NCBI RefSeq assembly: GCF_009914755.1
Contig: NC_060925.1
Reading direction: 5' to 3' (one strand)
DNA: 64,000 nucleotides
Origin: the human T2T-CHM13v2.0 reference genome, Homo sapiens
The position numbers were made by a program, and so were the translations under genes. Positions within the stretch are counted from its first letter, which is position 1. Each line of letters starts with the position of its first letter. Of this stretch, positions 19,460-38,634 are shown piece after piece. A model generated the notes under the pieces. That model made no database searches. It saw only the letters and a list, made by a program, of their open reading frames with translations, and was not told where the DNA came from.

Positions 19460-21025
19460 TAAAAAAATCAACTCCTCTGTTTTCATGTCTAGTGGACTCC
19501 ATTCTTAGCCCATCAAATGCACATGGAGCAATGGTTTAATCTGCAAACTAAAAACCTGCTTGATTTAAAAAAAATAACTTTTTGTGATATGACCCTTATT
19601 CAAAAGAGTCTGCAAATATCAGATGTGTGGTTCAAGCTCTAGTCAAGTGAAGTGAGTAATTTTCAGTCACTTGTCCAGCAGTTGAGCCAGGAGATAGTAA
19701 ATATTTATAGGTTTATCCTGGGGTGCTGGCTAACGGAGTGCCTGCACTGCCTTATAGAGCAAATAAACAAGGATCTTCTGCAATGTTTAAACCCGTCCAG
19801 TATTTCTCAGCCAGCTTCTCTCTTTCCTCTTCACAATGATTATATACCACTCATTTCCAACCACATTTTGATTGTCCTGCTGTTAAATTATAACAATTAA
19901 TTTACAGGGAACAAGGATTGTTTTCTTTTTCTCTCGACCACATGTTTAGATTAGATGAGCCAATGTGTTTATACCATTTTTTGCTCCTTACTTTGCTTAT
20001 TTCATCTCAATAGGTCACCACAATGTTTGCTTTTGTTCATTAAGCTTTTTGAACATCATGCAAAACATTGTAACAGACAAGAATTTAAACAGTAGAATAC
20101 ATAAACTGATCAAGTCATTTCATCTGAGATCAAATATCTAGCTTTCAAGAGGCTTGAATTTGAGAGACAATGGATTTTATGAGATTCTGAGAACTCACAG
20201 AGTTTAACTTCCTGTTTAAATACTTCATTGATTATGTTAATAAAATCGTGTCTGTTGCAAGGATATTATAACCATGTGTCTTGTTTGTTTATTTTATTTT
20301 TTTAAAGTTTATGTGTGAGTCTTCAATACTAATCCTACAATTTTACAGCTGGGAGTGATCTAAGAATTCATCTTTCTAGCCCAAACTTCTTATTTTACAG
20401 ATAAGGAAACCAAGGTTCTGAGAGGTTGTAAGGGCCATAACCTGGACTTAGAGACTGTAAGTGACAATGTGGTATGTTTTTCCAAGATGAGCCTCTTAGC
20501 TTTTCTGATAATATTTAAGTCTTTGGCCTCATGAGCACTGGATTCATCATTTCAAAATAATGGGGGATGGAGAGGAAATGTTATTAATATATACTTTTAA
20601 AAATCCCTAAAGCATGGTGTTTAACCTTCTTTTGGTCATAAATTGCTTTGAGAATCTGTTGAAAACTCAAACCCTCTTGATTAAAAAAAACTCACATACA
20701 CTCAGAAATTCACAATCAATTTTATAGAATCCATAGACTCCTGAACCCTTAATTCTAGATTCATTTATGTGTTAACAAACATTTATCAGAACAATGGTTG
20801 CCTAATTATATTTCTATATTTCAATCAATTTAGATAATCAATCACAGTTTAAATAATGTGGTTATTCAATAAATGATATGATTTATTTATACATAAAGAT
20901 GTATGAATACTATGAAGATGATTATAATTGTTGTAAAGTAAAATAACTGACTTACAATAAGAGTAAAATTAACACACACTGCAAAATATTGTTTTTGATT
21001 CCTATTATATCACTGTCAAAAATAA

Positions 21026-21683
<658 letters not shown>

Positions 21684-22063
21684 TGAATTCATTCATGTAA
21701 ACGGGTTTTGTTTGACATAATGGGATGCTTTATAGATAAGACAGAATATAGATTCAGGAGATTCCCTTCCATGTATCTGAGAAATTTCAATAGCAAATGC
21801 TGCTCCTAGGCACTTAGGTATAGGAGTGCAACCGTAGAGCATAGTAAGGTGTCATCTGCTCTCCAGTGGCTAAAATGAAGTTGTTACCACGTTGTGAGGA
21901 GACTTCTTTTGAGGTTGGGAGGTTGGCTTGAATTTTTCATAGTAAGGCTATTTCTATCAAGTTTGCATTGATCAAATATTCGTGCTACAAATATCAGCTG
22001 TGGTATTGGTATTCTGAGGGCAGTTATGAGGGAAAACGTTTACACTTAAAGATAGGAAGAGAG

Positions 22064-22367
22064 GGCCAGGCACAGTGGCTCATGCCTGTAATCTCAGCAC
22101 TTTGGGAGGCTGAGGTGGGCAGATCATCTGAGGTCAGGAGTTCAAGACTAGCCTGGCCAACATGGTGAAACCCCATCTCTACTAAAAATACAAAAAATTA
22201 GCCGGGTGCCGTCATGGGTGCCTGTAATCCCAGCTATGCAGGAGGCTGAGGCAGAAGAATCACTTGAACAGGAGGTGAAAATTGCAGTGAGCCGAGATGT
22301 GCCACTGCACTCCAGCCCGGATGACAGGAGCGAGACTCTGTCTCAAAAAAAACAAAAAACAAAAAAC
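22064..22367 (+). mobile_element. Alu (AluS-like)
   Basis: Full length; TSD aggaagagag. Confidence 0.95.
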
Positions 22368-22561
22368 AGGAAGAGAGGCCTTAGGTTAAAAGGACCTAAA
22401 TTAGCAGTCTCTAATCCAGCTGCTCCTGATGGTCATCCCATCAAGATGCCAAAGAAGAGGGACAAATTAGCATACCAAAAAATACAATTCTGAATGGAAT
22501 TGCTACCTGAAGAATCAACCATATTAAATTAATTGAAAAATGCCTAATTAAAAAACATGCA

Positions 22562-22983
22562 TTTGGGAGGCCGAGGTGGGTGGATCACTTGAAGCCAGGA
22601 GTTTGGGACCAGCCTGGCCAACACGGCAAAACCCCATCTCTACTAAAAATGCAAAAAATTAGCTGTTTAGCAGCTGCATGCTTTTTATTTTTTATTTTTA
22701 TTTATTTATTTTTTTGGAGACAGAGTCTCGCTCTATCACCCAGGCTGGAGTGCGGTGGCGTCTCAGCTTACTGCAACCTCCACCTCCCGGGTACAAGCAA
22801 TTCTTGTGCCTCAGCCTCCACACGCCTGTAGTCCCAAGCTACTTAGGAGGCTGAGGCATGAGAATTGCTTGTACCCGGGAGGTGGGGGTTGCAGTGAGCT
22901 GAGATGCCACCGCACTCCAGCCTGGGTGATAGAGCGAGACTCTGTCTCCAAAAAAGTAAATAAATAAAAATAAAAAATAAAAA
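22562..22983 (+). mobile_element. 5'-truncated Alu carrying an internal inverted copy of its own right arm
   Basis: TSD taaaaaacatgca / taaaaagcatgca; 22668-22819 is the reverse complement of 22846-22997. Confidence 0.9.
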
Positions 22984-22997
22984 GCATGCAGATGCTA
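22668..22997. repeat. Long inverted repeat: 152-bp arms, 26-bp spacer
   Basis: About 7 mismatches by hand alignment. The arms share private variants (cttgtacccggg, ctatcaccc) and non-Alu flank (gcatgcag[a/c]tgcta). Confidence 0.92.
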
Positions 22998-23079
22998 GAG
23001 TTATTCCACCAAAACAGACCAAGACTGATTGCCTGAAATTAGGTCGGGAAACATTTTATTTCTCTTTTTTAAAAACAAT

Positions 23080-23270
23080 TAATTATTTTTTTAAATGGAC
23101 ACATTGTAATTATGCACATTTATGAAGTACAACTTGATGTTTTGATACATATATATTATGTATAATGATCAAATTAGGGTACTTAGTACGTTCATCATCT
23201 CATGCATTTATCATTCCTTTTTTCGTGAGAACATTCAAAAGCCTCTCTTCTAGCTATCTGGTAATATGCT
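23080..23270 (-). mobile_element. L1MA-type 3' end fragment
   Basis: attgtaattatgcacatttatg...gtgagaacattcaaaagcctctcttctagcta. Confidence 0.7.
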
Positions 23271-23766
23271 GTCTCTTCTCTCAGTTCCTTTCTTTCTCCC
23301 TACACCCAAACAGGGACTCTCAGAGGAGAAGTAGGCAGAAAGATGAAGGCAGGGGAGATATCAGTGCATTAGGTTGCCTTACAGGGGAAGGCCTCCCATG
23401 CAAAGAGCAAGAAGTAGATGAAGGAAAATGTTGACGGATGTTCTTGTTGAGAATTATGGTTGTTAAGTACTTGGTGTTCTCTCAGGTCACCAGGCAACGT
23501 AATAGAAGATCCGCTGTCATTCCAGCTGAATGAAAGTTTTTCAGAGTTTGGAGTTGGTTGAGAGATTCTCACGTCAACCCACCTTCCCTCAAAATATAGG
23601 AAAAGTGGATTCCACCAGAATCAACATGAATAGAATGAGCCGAGAGTAATCCAGGCAGTCCATTGACTTTGAAATGGTGAGATCTTTTGTCATTCTAGAG
23701 TTAAAGGGGATAAAACAGGGGGGATATGTGATAAAATGCTATAGGGTCAGGGACCAGAATTATTAG

Positions 23767-24087
<321 letters not shown>

Positions 24088-24229
24088 AACTATTAGCATC
24101 TTAAGGAATTTGATTAAGAGGTGACCTCGGAACAGGCCTTACTCTAGGTCCAGGAAAAGTTTTCGGAAAACTGCTGACAGTTTGGCAGAATGTAAGAAGA
24201 TACAACCTGTATGTAACAGAAGTAGAAAG

Positions 24230-24800
24230 CCATAAGGAGAGAGTGATTTAAAATGAGCAGTTGCAGAATAAGATTAAAAAGCTAGGTGAGAGTACTAAGA
24301 GAGACAAGAAACTGAAGGTCCAATATTGGATTGAAATTTACATTGCAGAGAGAAAGACAGAAATGAGACTCCAGAGAAACAAATCAATGATGCAGAGGAC
24401 AAGCTTTTCCCTTCCATGAAGCAGAGAAAAATAAAATGTATGAAAATGATGAAAGAGAAGACGTTGTGAGACAGAGTACAGGGAGATAGCCGGGAATTTT
24501 GAGAGGCCCTGAAGAAAACGCGCCCCGTACCCCAAATTATAAGCAGTACTCAAAGATGTATTTGAGGAAATCATCTAACGTGATTGAAATCTACGTATGT
24601 AGACTTTTCAGTCTATGTTTCTAGGAAAAAAATACATAAGAGAAACACTCTAGACAAATTCAAGCAAATTGTTTGGAAATGAGACAAAGGGAAAAAATGG
24701 TAAATACTTTGGCAGAGAGAATAACATGTTTACTTTGAAAAGTGCCGTACACGTATTAGACTGACCTCAAACTTCTCCATGCAATGCAAGTATTTATAAA
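24230..24800 (+). mobile_element. Possible highly degraded HAL1 or L1 ORF1-like relic
   Basis: A-rich, with ORF1-like motifs (gaaacaaatcaatgatgcagaggac; attagactgacctcaaacttctcc). Confidence 0.4.
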
Positions 24801-24829
24801 TGTTTAATTAAAACACATTGTGATTTAGA

Positions 24830-25138
<309 letters not shown>

Positions 25139-25822
25139 TTATGGTATTCATTCATTACATTCATTAACTTTTATGTGGGAGGAAACCTGAAATACATTTT
25201 CAAATATACTATTAGTGTATTTGAAGAATACCTAAAAAAAATGACATCAAAACATAGACATGCCATGGCTTGAAAGATTTTGAAGTGAGTATTGAAAACC
25301 ATGAAGTCTAGACGATTATTGTATATTTCATTACAAAAGGATGTATCATACTATTCAAAAGTATACAAATATAAAGCATAAGTATATATCAAAACTATAT
25401 ATTGTAAGTATTCTTGAAAGATAAACTATTTTGTTAAGATAATTTAAAAAATAATCTGCTTTCAGTGCCTTCAAAATTGTTATGAATAGAATTTGTGAAC
25501 AAGACAAATAAAATAAAACAGTCTTTGTTACAGAAGACACACACACAAAGGAAACAGCAGAAAAACATCAAAAATCAGAAAATGTTAAATCACATATTAA
25601 TGTGTTCCTGATATATTAAGTGTAAACATCAGAGCACAAATCTATATACATGCTATGAACTTAATTTCATTTAAAAATCATATACATACATAGATACCTA
25701 AATATATACACAGATACTTAGATGATAAAATTACAGGTTGTTTTTAGTTTCATTGTATATTTTTATATATCTTTCAATAATTAACAGGTCTTATTTTCAT
25801 ATCCAGAAAATAGAAAAAAAAC

Positions 25823-26078
25823 TTTTTTTTTTTTTTGGAGACAAGATCTCGCTCTGTCACCCAAGCTGGAGTGCTAGGCTCAGACAATCCTTCCAAGCCT
25901 TCCAAGGAGCTGGGACTACAGGCATGTACCACCACACTTAGTTCCTTTTTGCATTTTTTGCAATGACAAAGTTTTGCCATGTTGCCCAGGCTGGCCTTCA
26001 ACTCCTGGGCTCAGGTGATCTGCTCGCCTCAGCCTCCCAAAGTGCTGGGATTACAGGCATGAGCCGCAACACCTGGCT
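25823..26078 (-). mobile_element. AluJ-like, internally deleted
   Basis: Diverged Alu; TSD gaaaaaaac. Confidence 0.85.
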
Positions 26079-26323
26079 GAAAAAAACCTTTTAAGAAAAT
26101 TGATAAGAATATTAAGGAACTGGCTGAGGTAAAGAAACTTGATCTCCAGTCCAGTTTCAGCCCCTTTTCAGCCCTTGGATTCTAAAGATAAAGGCTATAA
26201 AAACTGTGTCTTATATTTGACATTTTGTCTTTTATTGCAGTTTGTATTGAGCACAGGGTGAGTACCTTAGCAGTTTGTTTCTTCTGAGTTCTTGGTAAAA
26301 AGTGGTTTTAAAATTCACTTTCA

Positions 26324-26450
26324 GGTTAGGTGCAGTGGCTCACGCCTATAATCCCAGCACTTTGGGAGGCTGAGGCAGGAGGACTGTTTCAGTCCGGGAG
26401 TTCAAGACCAAACTGGCCAACATAGGGAGACCCTGTCTCTTATTAAAAAG
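26324..26450 (+). mobile_element. FLAM / Alu left monomer
   Basis: Monomer ending gagaccctgtctc. Its apparent TSD (aaaattcactttc / aaaacattgactttc) brackets the L1 that follows. Confidence 0.8.
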
Positions 26451-26460
26451 TAAAATACAT

Positions 26461-29530
<3,070 letters not shown>

Positions 29531-30417
29531 AAGTAAACTTAAAAATTAAAACATTGACTTTCAAAATGCTCTTTATTATTTTATAACAAGAAATTTTTAA
29601 AACAAATTGACAATTTATTAAATGTGCTTTATTTGCCCCCCATCAAACAAACAACAAAAAACCAAACCTATGTAGGCTTGTGTTTTATTGTTTGAATTTT
29701 TTTTTTCATTAAGTCCAAACTCTTAGGATTCCTGTGGGCCTGTTTTGTATTTGAAATCTCATGCTTTGGCAAAAGCACTAGATTCCTTTGAGGAATACTG
29801 GGGCCTATTGTGAGCAATAATCTTTGTCAGGGATTCTATGATTGGCACACTTTGTCTTCAAATAGGAGATTGTTAACGGTATTTGTGGTAACATTTAGTC
29901 TTTCCAATTCAAGAAACCTACTAAAGTCCAGCACTACTGTGACCTTTTTTTTACATATATATATATATATATCATGCCAATGGTGCCATGTGGTTTCGTT
30001 GGCTTGTAGGCAGTTTACTATTTGCACTTATGAGAAACAACTATGTTTCAAAAGTCAGGCTATTCTCAGACATGCTATACGCAAGAGAATGTGTCCAGAT
30101 TTTTGATTTGCATTTTTCCACATCAGTGGGCTAAAATTGGACTTGTGTTAACATAGTTAATCTCTATACATGTGGAATAAGAATTTTCTTACTATGTTAG
30201 GACAATAACTCTTCTCTTTTCAAAGTTAGCAGTACTAAAGATTGCCTTGCTGTCTTTTTGTCCAACTCTTTTATTTTTCTAGTGTTATATAGAACGAATG
30301 AATCTTGAATATTGAGTCCAGCTTTCCCCCTTTAGTGAGAACAAATTGATTAAAATGTCCGTGTTAGTATTTGTGTCACTGGAATTTATGCTGCCAAAGA
30401 ATAATGGTTTCCAGTAT

Positions 30418-30418
30418 T

Positions 30419-30457
<39 letters not shown>
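30418..30457. repeat. (GA)n microsatellite
   Basis: Directly visible. Confidence 0.95.
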
Positions 30458-30497
30458 GAACGGAGTGTGGAGCTGTCAAACGTGCACGTACCCTTGA

Positions 30498-30816
<319 letters not shown>

Positions 30817-30909
30817 AACTGTCCCCATTTTCTAAGGTATGTTCACGGAAAGCTGATTATGCTGTAGGTGGGAGGGAGGGCAGTTATAAACTTTTAAAAC
30901 AGAAGTCCT

Positions 30910-31410
30910 GTGTATCCGTTAGTATTTTCTTCTTATTGAAATAATGGTACATAACACACACCCCCAAAATCAGTATCTTAAAGCCACGGTAATTTATTTC
31001 TCCAGGACATGCTGGTTGGCTATGGTGACTCCGCTGTGTGTGGCTGAGCTCATTCATGAGTTTGTGGGAAGGCTTGAGTTTCTCGATTTAGCCGGGGGCA
31101 CAGCCGGGCAGTTCTGCTTTAAGCTGTAGGTTTGTGGATTGGTCAGGAAGCTGCTCCACATGTTTCTCATCCTTCTTGGAGCAGCAGGCCAACTAGGCGA
31201 GCTCTTCCAATGGCATAGCAAGAGACTGAGAAGGCATGCTGAGCCAAGCAAATGCGTCGAAAGTCCCTGCTTGCATCATGTCTGCTAATATCCCCAAAGC
31301 CAAAGAAAGCCACAAGGCCAAACTCAAGGCCAAGAAGGAAGGGAAGCAGCTTTCTCCCATAGCAGTTAGGAGGTTAAAAGGAGGAGAACTTTTTGAACAA
31401 GAATTGAATC
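30910..31410 (-). mobile_element. MLT1-family (MaLR) LTR, degraded
   Basis: cataacacacacccccaaaatcagtatcttaaa...ccacatgtttctcatccttcttgga...tctgctaatatccccaaagccaaagaaagccacaaggcc. Confidence 0.65.
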
Positions 31411-31455
31411 TGTGAAACTTCAGTAGGTTTAAATGCTGGTTGAAGAAACTACTTC

Positions 31456-33340
<1,885 letters not shown>

Positions 33341-33349
33341 AAGATATAA

Positions 33350-33725
33350 GTAATGCAGTGATAAAATTATATATAATATAATTTCATGTATATATACAGA
33401 TAACATGATTATATATTATGTATACATATATACATGTAATATAATCTGTATATATGTGTGCATATATATAACATATAGCAACATATACTGTACTTACAGA
33501 CGTAAAACATTATTTTAATATGTTTTTTAAATATTATATATACACTCATATATAATGTTCCTATAAACAGTAGCAGAGCCATTTTTTTTCTTATGCTACT
33601 TCAAATGATGTGATTTTTGTTCCCTTATATGACATCACTGCTAAATTAAGGGCCAGTCCCTAAATTTAAAAATATATATATTATAAAAATATATATAATA
33701 TATATAAAATATGTATATAAAAATT
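33350..33725. repeat. AT-rich low complexity with (TA)n-like tracts
   Basis: Directly visible. Confidence 0.75.
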
Positions 33726-33857
33726 ATTTTTTTAGAAATAGAGACGAGGTCCTGCTATGTTGCCAAGGCTGGCCTCAAACTCCTGGTCTCAAGCGATCTT
33801 CCTACTCTGGCCTCCCAAAGGGCTGGGATTACAGGCGTGGGCCATGACACCCAGGCC
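33726..33857 (-). mobile_element. FLAM / Alu left monomer
   Basis: Single monomer; flanks ccagtccctaaattt / ccagttccttaattt. Confidence 0.8.
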
Positions 33858-34628
33858 AGTTCCTTAATTTGAAAGCACAATTCTTCCTATAGTCATTAGA
33901 TAATCTGATTACTATCACACCTGTATAGTAACAAAGTATCCTCTAGAAATATTTTTTGATTATAGTCTGAACATAAAAATTTGATCCTATATTCTTAGAC
34001 ATAACTGAAATCGGTGATGAATGTGGATGCTATTTCACTTACCCGTGTAATCCGTGCCCTTGTGCAGATCAACTCAGGTGTTAGTAATGACTATTGTGTG
34101 GACAGGAGCTCCGAGATACGTGCTGGTAACAATTAATGTACAGGATTGTACCAAAAAAACAAGTCGTTCATGCTATAAACTTCACTGGAATACAAAAGAA
34201 TTATAGGAATTGTCTCTTATCGTCAAACACATCACTGTCCTTTGAAATCAAGGGGTTCATTGTTTGATACCTGAATTGTTTATTCACCTGTATAAAAAGC
34301 AGGTCACAATTTTTTTTTGTAGTTTTGCCAAGCAACTGAGGGTCACTAAATTTCATAAGTACAGATCACCGCTGTGCTCTCTAAACAGCCTTTGTCCTTA
34401 GTTTTAACTCCACAAAATGTCAAGATAACAGACACTAGTCTTTTGGTCTCAGTTTTAATGTGAAATCTATGCCCACAAAATGCCACTCTCAAATTTGTGT
34501 TATTAGCTTTTCTGAATCTATTCACCAATCTACAAACGATAAACACTCAGACCTAGTTTCCTTTCTTGGGTCAAAAAGCATTCCCCAAGTACCATTTACA
34601 TTGAAATCTGGAAATGTGGCTAAAAGTC

Positions 34629-34630
<2 letters not shown>

Positions 34631-34662
<32 letters not shown>
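34631..34662. repeat. (TG)n microsatellite
   Basis: About 16 TG units. Confidence 0.95.
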
Positions 34663-34663
<1 letters not shown>

Positions 34664-34853
34664 CAGGTCTCGCTCTGTCACCCAGGCTGCAGTGCAGAGA
34701 CCCTTTGAGGCTCACTATAGCCTCAAACTCCTGGGCTCAAGTGATCCTCAGCCTCCCAGTGGTCTTTGTAGACAGCCTGATGGAGTCTCATGGCACAGAA
34801 GATTAATTAAACGATGTCTTTTAATTTTAATCAATTTTTGCAATCCAAAAAAA
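34662..34853 (+). pseudogene. Retrocopy of the GAS5 lncRNA terminal exon (antisense Alu fragment, HRE-mimic hairpin and 3' end)
   Basis: ctgggctcaagtgatcctcagcctcccagtggtctttgtagacagcctgatggagtctcatggcacagaagattaa...ttttaatcaatttttgcaatcc+A7 matches the recalled GAS5 3' end (...cagtggtctttgtagactgcctgatggagtctcatggcacaagaagattaaaac...ttttaataaatttttgcaatcc). It stops at the poly(A) site. Confidence 0.88.
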
Positions 34854-35691
34854 GCCTCATTCGGCCAGGGTGAGGAAAGGATGACAGGATTGTTCAGCGG
34901 CGTTTCTACTTGACTTTGTTGTAAAGTCATTTAGGGTAAGGAAACTTGGAGAATCAAACAGCTGGTGTTAAATTGGCTAAGCATATCATTTTCCGAAACT
35001 CCTTTCTGATCTTCATTAAGGAAACCAATATATGATGGGGAACTCATTCATAAGAGAGACGAGTGTTCAAGTATTTTATATTTTCAAGGATTTGGAGGCT
35101 GATGCCAACACTAGTGCATTAATTGCCTGACATTCTGAGCTCAGGCCCACTACCTTTTTGTTCTGAGGTTTTGACTGATCTATATATTCTGGCTTTCAAT
35201 AAAGGCCTGTCACAGCAGAAAAACAGAAAAGGGATGCTGAGTACGAAGTCAGTTATTAGCTAAGTGGTTCTTCAGGCTTTTGTTGTTTGCCATGAAATTT
35301 GCATCTTGCAAAAACTGGATCTGTGCTCTTGGCACAACGGATGTTTCATATTTGCCAAATAAAGTTTCAGTACCTTTGCCTCTGGTTCACTGACTTCCCG
35401 TCTGTGACGTGCACCTCTTCCTTTTTCTCTGAAGGACAGTAGTAAGTCACAGTGCTCTTCCTGTTCAGATTACCATCTTCAAGTGACTGGCACTCATTGG
35501 CTTCAGAAATGCTATTTTTTTTTCCTCCTGCTTCTGGAATGTGACCAGACAAGATCATTCCTATGGCAAAATATGATTGAGAAATAATATTTTAGAGGCT
35601 GGGAGATATTGTGTCATGCCACACCAGGTAACTGTCTTAAGTAAAAGACATAAGAAAGACACAATGAATGATATGATGCTTTTCAAGGATC

Positions 35692-35995
<304 letters not shown>

Positions 35996-36399
35996 CAAAG
36001 ATCTTAATGATTGAAACAAATATAACCAATAAGTAGAGATGCAAGAAAAATGTCCATGTGTTTACATGCCAGTTTACATTGAGGAGCATTAAGAATTCAC
36101 CATTCTTGGTATGTCATTGTAATTTCGTACATATTTTATTTATCCAAATTTTTTCTTTGAGGTAGGATGGGAGGGAAATGATTCACCATAACTACTATTT
36201 ATTTAGAACACAGTTAATCACCTTCCCTCACCAATAACCTTGCCTCACACTACCTTCCCAAGGTTTGCAAAACTCATTACCAAACAAACCAAACAAAAAG
36301 ATGAAAAACAAAACAAAACAAAGCCAGAAACTCTATTCTGTGTAAGAGTTATTAACCTGTCATACGTGCAAAATAATTATGAGTGAAATTTCATGAATG

Positions 36400-36500
36400 G
36401 AATGGAAAATCATGCATTTGTATTCGGGGGAAGAGGATGCATAGCATTTTCCAGATTCTCAAGGCAATTCAATGCTCCCAAAAGGTTAAAAGCCACTGCA
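36400..36500. mobile_element. Possible hAT-Charlie-like DNA transposon fragment (related fragment at ~20610-20680, opposite orientation)
   Basis: catagcattttccagattctcaagg...caaaaggttaaaagccactg, a terminal-like motif. Confidence 0.4.
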
Positions 36501-37740
36501 ATTGAAATTGCTTTTTCTTCAAACACCTCCAGTCTCCTTTTCCATGTAAAGTATTGAAGTTTTAGGCCTCTGCTGCTTGCCTACACTGCAATCATTTCTT
36601 TTTATTTTCTAAATTATCAAAATAAAGGGATCATGTTGTTCTACATTTCTCGTTTTTACTTTATCCTTGTCTATGTCTGGGTGACTTTCGGAAAAGCAGA
36701 AATCCGTGTCTGGCCTCTCATCTGACTCTTTTAAGGCTGGCAGAGCGGTGTCTGCCCATTCCAGTTGTTAACAGGATTTTTCTTTTTCTTAACTCTTAAT
36801 CTGTTTCTGGGAAGCTTTTAAAATACATTTTCCCCCTTCTCTTTCAGATATCCTCAGCTTCCCTAGCTCAGGGGGATTCATGCAAATTGTGTATTCTCTG
36901 GGGGATGCATTGCTGGTAGATTCTGAAAACGTCTCAGCTTTTTTCCTCCCATTGTCAAATACAATGATAATTTCAGGCTTATCTTAAAGGAGGTTTTGTT
37001 TCCATAATTCACTTCAGTTGTGGAAGCAAAATATCCTTTAATGTAGAAAACATTAAATGTATAGAGAATTTGCTCTGCATCTCCAGAGAAGCTTTTAGGA
37101 TGTCAGTAATTGGAATTGCTATATTCCATCTACTAAAGAAAGATCTAGTCTCCTTAATCTATCCCCGACTTTGATCACATGAGACCACAAAGCCACCTAG
37201 GTAGCCTACAGTCTGGCCATATTCGCCAAATGTATACTTGATTTGGCCAGATACCAGCCTAGGGCCACCCATGTTTTTCTCACCAGATCCCCTGTGGTGA
37301 TGATTTGTCAACAGTCGGGCAGGAGGACAATGGACTGGGATAAAATTCAAACTTTGAAAGTAAGATTTTTCAAACTGTTTTAAAAACATTTTGAAAGACT
37401 ACAGTGGAACATCTCTCGGTGACTGGAAATTTTTCTTTTCCTTTTTTTTTTTTTTTTTTGCCAATGGGTTCACATTTTGAATTGGCAAAAATTGGTATGA
37501 TGAGTATGATTTCATAATTTATGTATTAGAGCAGATGGAGATTAATCATTTAGCTAATCCTGTTCATCTTCCCAATCAGTTACTGTTTGCTAGTGGGAAA
37601 CCAGAGGCAGCCAAATGGCTCATCCCACCAATGAGGCAGAACAGTTGCTTAAGAGAACATTCTCGCTTACTCCCAAGTTTTGCTAAAACTTCAAGTGACT
37701 GTGAGCCCCTTAACTTTGCTCCACTTGAAAATACATTTGA

Positions 37741-38043
37741 GGCAGGGCACGGCGGCTCATGCCTGTAAACCCAGTGTTTTGGGTTGCTGAGGTAGGCAGA
37801 TCCCTTGAGCCCAGGAATTTGAGACCAGCCTGAGACACATGGCGAAACCCTGCCTCTACTAAAAATACAAAAATTAGTTGGGTGTGGTGGCATGTGCCTG
37901 TGGTTCCAGCTACTTGGGAGGCTGAGATGGGAGGACTGCTTGAGCTCTTGAGCCCAAGAGGTCAAGGCTGCAGTGAGCCGTGAGCATGCCGCTGAACTCC
38001 AGCCTATGCAACACTGCGAGACCCTGTCTGAAAAAAAAAAAAA
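37741..38043 (+). mobile_element. AluJ-like
   Basis: J diagnostics (ttgagcccagga, gaggtcaaggctgcag); TSD gaaaatacat(t/g)tga. Confidence 0.9.
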
Positions 38044-38321
38044 GAGAGAGAAGGGAAAAGAAAATACATGTGAAAGTTTTTCTCAAAACCAGTGTTCTTT
38101 CTATGAACGCAACATTTGGAAATCTATTGGCCAGGTTTTTGTTAAGATGATTGCCCTGTTTCTGAGAAAGGACAGCCAAAGATAGTCAAGGGTGATTGCA
38201 TGCAAGTCTGAACTCCATGTCAACGAACCAGCTGGGAGCACGTAAAGCTTACAAATGCCGTCCAGTATTGAAGTTACTTTAATAATCTTGAACTCTGGAA
38301 GTTAAAGTGTTAGGACCTGTA

Positions 38322-38634
<313 letters not shown>

